Source: an uncultured Bacilli bacterium (GTDB taxonomy: Bacteria; Bacillota_I; Bacilli_A; RF39; UBA660). Taken from it: DNA of 52,258 bases. Made by a program: the position numbers and the translations under genes. The stretch lies in assembly GCA_947628095.1 (NCBI GenBank), contig CANQYO010000002.1:1-52258 (forward strand), given 5' to 3'. Positions 48,014 to 52,258 of the stretch are shown here, in pieces; positions within the stretch are counted from its first letter, which is position 1; each line of letters begins with the position of its first letter. The notes under the pieces were generated by a model. It saw nothing but the letters and a program-made list of their open reading frames with translations, was not told the origin of the DNA and searched no databases.

Positions 48014-49765
48014 ATGTTTGATAGAATAGTTTATATTAGTGACCATGGAGCTCATGTTAAGGTTAATGGAACCCTTCAAACAAATCTAATTAATCAACAT
48101 TTAGTTTTTGTTGATGAAGCAGGAAGACAAGTAGTAAGTGAAGTTGAATACGTACATGATGATATTATTGAAACAAGATTTATTGGAGAAATTATTAATA
48201 ATCAATTTCAAGGTGGTATTATTAGTAAACCAAGTTTAACATCTAAAATTAGATTTTTAGAGGAAAATGAAATTTTAATGATAACTGGTAATAATCAACC
48301 AGGATTTATGACAATTGGAAATAGTCCATTTTATGATAATAAACCTGTTTACATGAGTATTAATAGTTTATTTAGTAATCATTTAACAATATTAGGTAAT
48401 TCTGGTAGTGGAAAAAGTTATGGTACAACTAAACTTTTACAATCAGTTTTTACAACTCCTAATTTTTATCCATATAAAGCGACAATGATAATTTTTGATA
48501 ATAATGGTGAATATATAAATGCTTTTAATAATTTAAATAGTTTAAATCCTAATTATCATTTTAAAGTTATTACTACAAGCTCTTATAATAATTATGAAAA
48601 ATTATGTATTCCAGTATGGCTTTTAAATATAGATGATTTGGCACTTCTTTTAAGACTTGAAAAAGTTAGTCAATTAACTCTTCTTGAAAGAATGATTAAA
48701 TTAGCTAAAATTTTCTCTTTAAGTGATGAGACTAGTTATCGTTATAAGAATCATATTATTGCTAAAGCAATGTTATCTATATTCTATTCTAATAAAATGC
48801 CTGGTACAAAACGTAATGATATTTTTGATATTTTTAATACATGTACAACAAATGAATTCAATATGGAAGCAGAAGTTAAAGGTGCTGGTTATACAAGAAA
48901 ATTTAGAGAATGTTTTAATGTTGATAGCCAAGGAAACTTTACAGAAAGTATTTTAGTTTCTCAATATATTGCTTCTTTTGTTGACCCAGCTCTTGATAAT
49001 TATGAACCAACAACATTCAATAAATATACATTAGAAGATTTAGAGAAAGCTTTAAACTTCACTTTAATAAGTGAAAACTGGTTAAATAATGAAAATACTT
49101 ATGGGGATAGTATAGCAGTTAAGGTAAAATTGCATTCTTTAATCATAAGTGAAAATAAAAAATTCTTTGATTATCCTAATTTTATTGGAGTAGAAGAATA
49201 TTTATCAAGTTTAGTAATTCAAAATGGTCAAAAATATCAACTTTTAAATGTTAACTTAGAAGATATTGATGATAGTATTGCTAAAGTAATTGTTAAAATA
49301 TTTTCTCGTATTATATTTGAATATACTAAGGCTTTACAAAATAGAGCTAGTATTCCATTTAATTTAGTAGTTGAAGAGGCACATCGTTATATAAAAAGTG
49401 GGGAAGATATTGATTTAATTGGTTATAATATATTTGATAGAATTGCTAAAGAGGGACGTAAGTATGGAATTTTATTGACTTTAATTTCTCAAAGACCAGT
49501 TGAACTATCAGAAACTGTTATGTCTCAATGTGCAAATTTCTTAATATTTAAAACGACCCATCCAAGAGATATAGAATATATTGGTAAGATGGTACCAAAT
49601 ATCACTGAGGAAATAGTTGAAAAGCAAAAAGCTTTACAACCAGGTTATTGTTTATGCTTTGGAGCTGCTTTTAAAGTTCCACTTATTTTGAAAGTTAGTT
49701 TACCAAATCCTGTTCCTGCTAGTGCTAACTGTGATGTTCTTAAAACTTGGACTGTTAATAATTAA
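48014..49765 (+). CDS. HerA/FtsK-superfamily DUF87-type ATPase
   Basis: Walker A 'LGNSGSGKSYG', Walker B-type 'LVVEEAHRY', 'GRKYGILLTLISQRPVELSETVMSQCANFLIFK', and an N-terminal barrel-like region. RBS is AGGAGG. Confidence 0.75.
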   Translation: MFDRIVYISDHGAHVKVNGTLQTNLINQHLVFVDEAGRQVVSEVEYVHDDIIETRFIGEIINNQFQGGIISKPSLTSKIRFLEENEILMITGNNQPGFMTIGNSPFYDNKPVYMSINSLFSNHLTILGNSGSGKSYGTTKLLQSVFTTPNFYPYKATMIIFDNNGEYINAFNNLNSLNPNYHFKVITTSSYNNYEKLCIPVWLLNIDDLALLLRLEKVSQLTLLERMIKLAKIFSLSDETSYRYKNHIIAKAMLSIFYSNKMPGTKRNDIFDIFNTCTTNEFNMEAEVKGAGYTRKFRECFNVDSQGNFTESILVSQYIASFVDPALDNYEPTTFNKYTLEDLEKALNFTLISENWLNNENTYGDSIAVKVKLHSLIISENKKFFDYPNFIGVEEYLSSLVIQNGQKYQLLNVNLEDIDDSIAKVIVKIFSRIIFEYTKALQNRASIPFNLVVEEAHRYIKSGEDIDLIGYNIFDRIAKEGRKYGILLTLISQRPVELSETVMSQCANFLIFKTTHPRDIEYIGKMVPNITEEIVEKQKALQPGYCLCFGAAFKVPLILKVSLPNPVPASANCDVLKTWTVNN

Positions 49766-49779
49766 GGACAGGTGTTAAT

Positions 49780-51471
49780 TTGACTAAGACTGAGAATAAA
49801 GAGGTATTATTAAAAAATAAAAAGTCTTTTATTATAAAATTTATAAGTAGTTTATTTATACGAGCTTTTCTTTTGATTATTCCAATTTATTATAGTTATT
49901 CAATTGATGCTTTAACAAGAGGAAATTATAATGCTGCTTATCATATGATTATTATGTTTTTTGTCTTTACTGTTTTGTACCGAATTTCAGAAGTTATTAA
50001 TCAAATAACATATTACAAACTATATTCTAATTTATATAAAACTTATTTAGAACTTGGACTTAAGAAAACTTGTAATAATTCTGTTTATAGTTTATCTCGC
50101 TTTAGTTTGTCAGAATATGGCAATATTATGAGTGAAGATTTTGAAACATTGAGTGATTACTATGCAACTATGGTTATTCGAATAGTTGAAATATTAGAAG
50201 CAATTTATATTGTAATTTATTTCTTTACAATTAATAGTATTTTAGGTTATTTAACTTTGTTTGTTTGCCTAGTAGTTTTGTTTTTCTTGATTTTCTATAA
50301 TGGAATTATTGCTAAAACTAATAATTCAAGAAAGCTCCGTCATGATAAAAGAATAAGTTTGTTTCAAGAACTTTTACTTTCAATGAAAGAAATTAAAGGA
50401 TTTAATATCTTTAATGTTGTTAAAGAAAGAACAATGACAAATGTTTCTGATTATTTAAAATGGAATGATAAATTAAATATAGATAAATATAATTTAAAAC
50501 AAATTTCTTTAGGACTAATTGATGTCTTTGGTTGCTTATCACTTATACTTGGTATAAGTTTGATTATAGAAGGAGAAGTAACAATCGGAGTTTTAACAAT
50601 AATTTATAATTATTATACTAAATTAAATTCTTTATTTAATTCTATTATTTTACTTTTTGAAAGTAATATAAATGTTCGAGTTGCTAGACTTCGAATTCAT
50701 AAATTATTTCAATATGCAACTAATAATTATGGAGAAATTAAAGATAATAATGTAAAAGGTAAAATTGAATTTAAGAATGTTTTATATGGAAATCGTCATG
50801 ACCCAATTTTAAATAATGTTTCATTTTCTATTGAACCAAATACATTTAATGTTATAACCGGTTTAACTGGAAGTGGAAAAACGGGAATATTTGATTTACT
50901 TTTAAGATATAATAGGGAGCATGAAGGAGAAGTTTTAATTGATGATATAAAAGTTTCTAATTATGATGCTAAACAACTTGGCTCTTTAGTTAGTTTTGTT
51001 CGAAAGAACCCAACTTTTTTCAACATAAGTATTAGAGATAATTTAAGTATATTTGATGCCAATTTTGAAAATATCGTAGCAATTTGTAAAGAGTTTAAAA
51101 TTCATGATTACATTATGGCTCTTAGTGATGGTTATGATACTGTTTTAGAAACAGATGCTTCAAATATTAATAGTGATGTTAAATTTGTTTTAGCTATTAT
51201 TAGAGTTTTGTTAAAAAGAACTAAAATTATGTTATTTGATGAAACTTTTGATTATTTAAGTAATGATATAAGCTCTATAATATTAGAAGTTATAAAAAGT
51301 ATGAAAAATGATAATACAATTTTAATAATTACTAAAAATAAAAAAATTATTGAAGATATAGCGGTTGATAAAGTAATTATGCTTAATAAAAATAAAATTT
51401 TAGCAAGTGGTTTACATAAAGATTTAATGACAAATGATGTAGAGTATAAAAAAATATTCAAGAAATTATAA
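49780..51471 (+). CDS. ABC-exporter-like protein (6-TM domain plus degenerate nucleotide-binding domain)
   Basis: TTG start behind AGGACAGGTG and a type-I exporter TMD. Walker A 'GLTGSGKT' and Walker B 'IMLFDE' are present, but LSGGQ is replaced by 'INSDV', the Q-loop Gln by Lys ('VRKNP'), and there is no H-loop His ('ITKN'). Confidence 0.75.
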   Translation: MTKTENKEVLLKNKKSFIIKFISSLFIRAFLLIIPIYYSYSIDALTRGNYNAAYHMIIMFFVFTVLYRISEVINQITYYKLYSNLYKTYLELGLKKTCNNSVYSLSRFSLSEYGNIMSEDFETLSDYYATMVIRIVEILEAIYIVIYFFTINSILGYLTLFVCLVVLFFLIFYNGIIAKTNNSRKLRHDKRISLFQELLLSMKEIKGFNIFNVVKERTMTNVSDYLKWNDKLNIDKYNLKQISLGLIDVFGCLSLILGISLIIEGEVTIGVLTIIYNYYTKLNSLFNSIILLFESNINVRVARLRIHKLFQYATNNYGEIKDNNVKGKIEFKNVLYGNRHDPILNNVSFSIEPNTFNVITGLTGSGKTGIFDLLLRYNREHEGEVLIDDIKVSNYDAKQLGSLVSFVRKNPTFFNISIRDNLSIFDANFENIVAICKEFKIHDYIMALSDGYDTVLETDASNINSDVKFVLAIIRVLLKRTKIMLFDETFDYLSNDISSIILEVIKSMKNDNTILIITKNKKIIEDIAVDKVIMLNKNKILASGLHKDLMTNDVEYKKIFKKL

Positions 51472-51480
51472 CTTATTAAC

Positions 51481-51509
51481 TTGAAAAACATAATAAAATT
51501 TGATATTAT
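51481..51509 (+). promoter_or_regulatory. Promoter of the 189-aa TasA-like gene
   Basis: TTGAAA, a 17-nt spacer, then TATTAT, with TGa giving an extended -10. Confidence 0.55.
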
Positions 51510-51536
51510 GAGAGTATAGATAATAGGAGATGTTAT

Positions 51537-52106
51537 ATGGAAGCTGAATTACGTAAAAAAAGTAGTGGGAAAAAAAGAGTGTTAATTGTAGCTTTGATAC
51601 TTGTTATGTTTTTAGGTATTTCTTTTGCATCTGTAAATTTCATATATAATTTTAATGATTCTAGAGATAATAAATTAAAAACAGGTCTTGTATCTTTAGC
51701 TTTTGAAGAAGGAAATGAAAATATTAATTTGCAAAATACTTTGCCAATGTCTGACCCTGTTGGATTAGAAAATGACCCTTATGTTTTTACAATTACAAAT
51801 ACTAGCAAAGTTCCTATTAATGCTAGAGTTATACTTGATGTTGATTCTAAAAGTACTCTTCCAGTAGGTGCTGTTAGATATGCACTTTATGTAAACGACG
51901 AATTAATTGAAAAAGATAGTTTAGCAAATATAAAAGATAATACTTTATATCTTGCTTCTCAATTTTCTCCTAATCAAACATTAAATTTAAAAGTTGTTTT
52001 TTGGGTAGATTATTACTATGACGAATCAGGAAAAACTTTCAGTGCAAGAATTAAAGTAAGTGGTGAAAGTTATGATGTTATTCCTGAAGAGAGTGTTCAA
52101 AATTAA
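51537..52106 (+). CDS. Small secreted protein with a TasA/SipW-signal-like N-terminus, paralogous to the N-terminal domain of the 862-aa protein
   Basis: Basic N-terminus, TM helix, 'SFASVNF...LKTGLVSLAF', 'INLQNTLPMSD', 'YVFTITNTS', 'VVFWVD' and 'FSARIKVSG'. It aligns along its length with residues ~1-195 of ORF 462..3050. Confidence 0.6.
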   Translation: MEAELRKKSSGKKRVLIVALILVMFLGISFASVNFIYNFNDSRDNKLKTGLVSLAFEEGNENINLQNTLPMSDPVGLENDPYVFTITNTSKVPINARVILDVDSKSTLPVGAVRYALYVNDELIEKDSLANIKDNTLYLASQFSPNQTLNLKVVFWVDYYYDESGKTFSARIKVSGESYDVIPEESVQN

Positions 52107-52148
52107 TAAATAAAACCATAATAAAACTAGGTTCTTAAACATTAAGGG

Positions 52149-52179
52149 GTGATGAAGTAAAATTCATCACTTCTTTTTT
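52149..52179 (+). terminator. Terminator after the TasA-like gene
   Basis: GTGATGAA-GTAAAA-TTCATCAC followed by a T-run. Confidence 0.7.
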
Positions 52180-52190
52180 AGACAAAAAAA

Positions 52191-52219
52191 TAGACATAAA
52201 CAACATGTCCTGTTACAAT
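52191..52219 (+). promoter_or_regulatory. Promoter for the gene starting at the window edge
   Basis: TAGACA, a 17-nt spacer, then TACAAT, with TGt giving an extended -10. Confidence 0.5.
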
Positions 52220-52250
52220 TATATTTGGAAAAAATAAAAGGGAGTTGCTT

Positions 52251-52258
52251 ATGTCTAT
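52251..52258 (+). CDS. 5' end of an unidentified CDS truncated by the window edge
   Basis: ATG 7 nt behind AAGGGAG. Only 2-3 codons are visible. Confidence 0.3.

Noticed and set aside
52178-52191. 14-mer TTAGACAAAAAAAT shared between the thyA-operon intergenic region (26897) and the promoter at the window end.
   Set aside because: It may reflect a common -35-like TAGACA followed by an A-tract, rather than a shared regulator site. Two copies are too few to support a regulon claim.

Overview
Very AT-rich chromosomal segment, by eye about a quarter to 30% G+C, read with the standard bacterial genetic code. It comes from an endospore-forming low-GC Firmicute, probably Clostridia- or Erysipelotrichia-like (inference from gene content). 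Most of the window is core genome. It carries cell-wall and division genes (murG-murB-divIB, uppP, a MOP flippase, spoVD), scpA-scpB, purA, and a cyclophilin lipoprotein. Sporulation genes are spoVS, two CotY/Z-like coat genes, spoIIGA-sigE and spoIVFA-spoIVFB. There is a thyA-folA-tmk-pyrH-like operon, the glmS ribozyme with glmS, and argS. The translation block is L20 leader-infC-rpmI-rplT, then rpsB-tsf, then ftsY-ylxM. One tRNA-Thr(GGU) is present. No CRISPR array, rRNA, transposase or integrase was seen. Main points for follow-up: (1) a HerA/DUF87-type ATPase plus an ABC-exporter-like protein with a heavily degenerate ATPase domain sit directly behind ftsY-ylxM, where ffh is normally found. 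I cannot assign this pair to a described system. (2) Ribosomal proteins L20 and S2 both carry the same C-terminal K/E-rich linker plus a Rho_N/SAP-like motif. (3) A ~2.3-kb islet next to tRNA-Thr is bracketed by ~75-bp direct repeats and carries YjcQ-like, HIT and KilA-N genes but no integrase. (4) TasA/SipW-signal-like secreted paralogues lie at both ends of the window. (5) sigE is followed by an unknown gene rather than sigG. (6) A sensor protein has a degenerate GGDEF motif (DGTEF). All family assignments come from reading motifs by eye and need profile searches to confirm.
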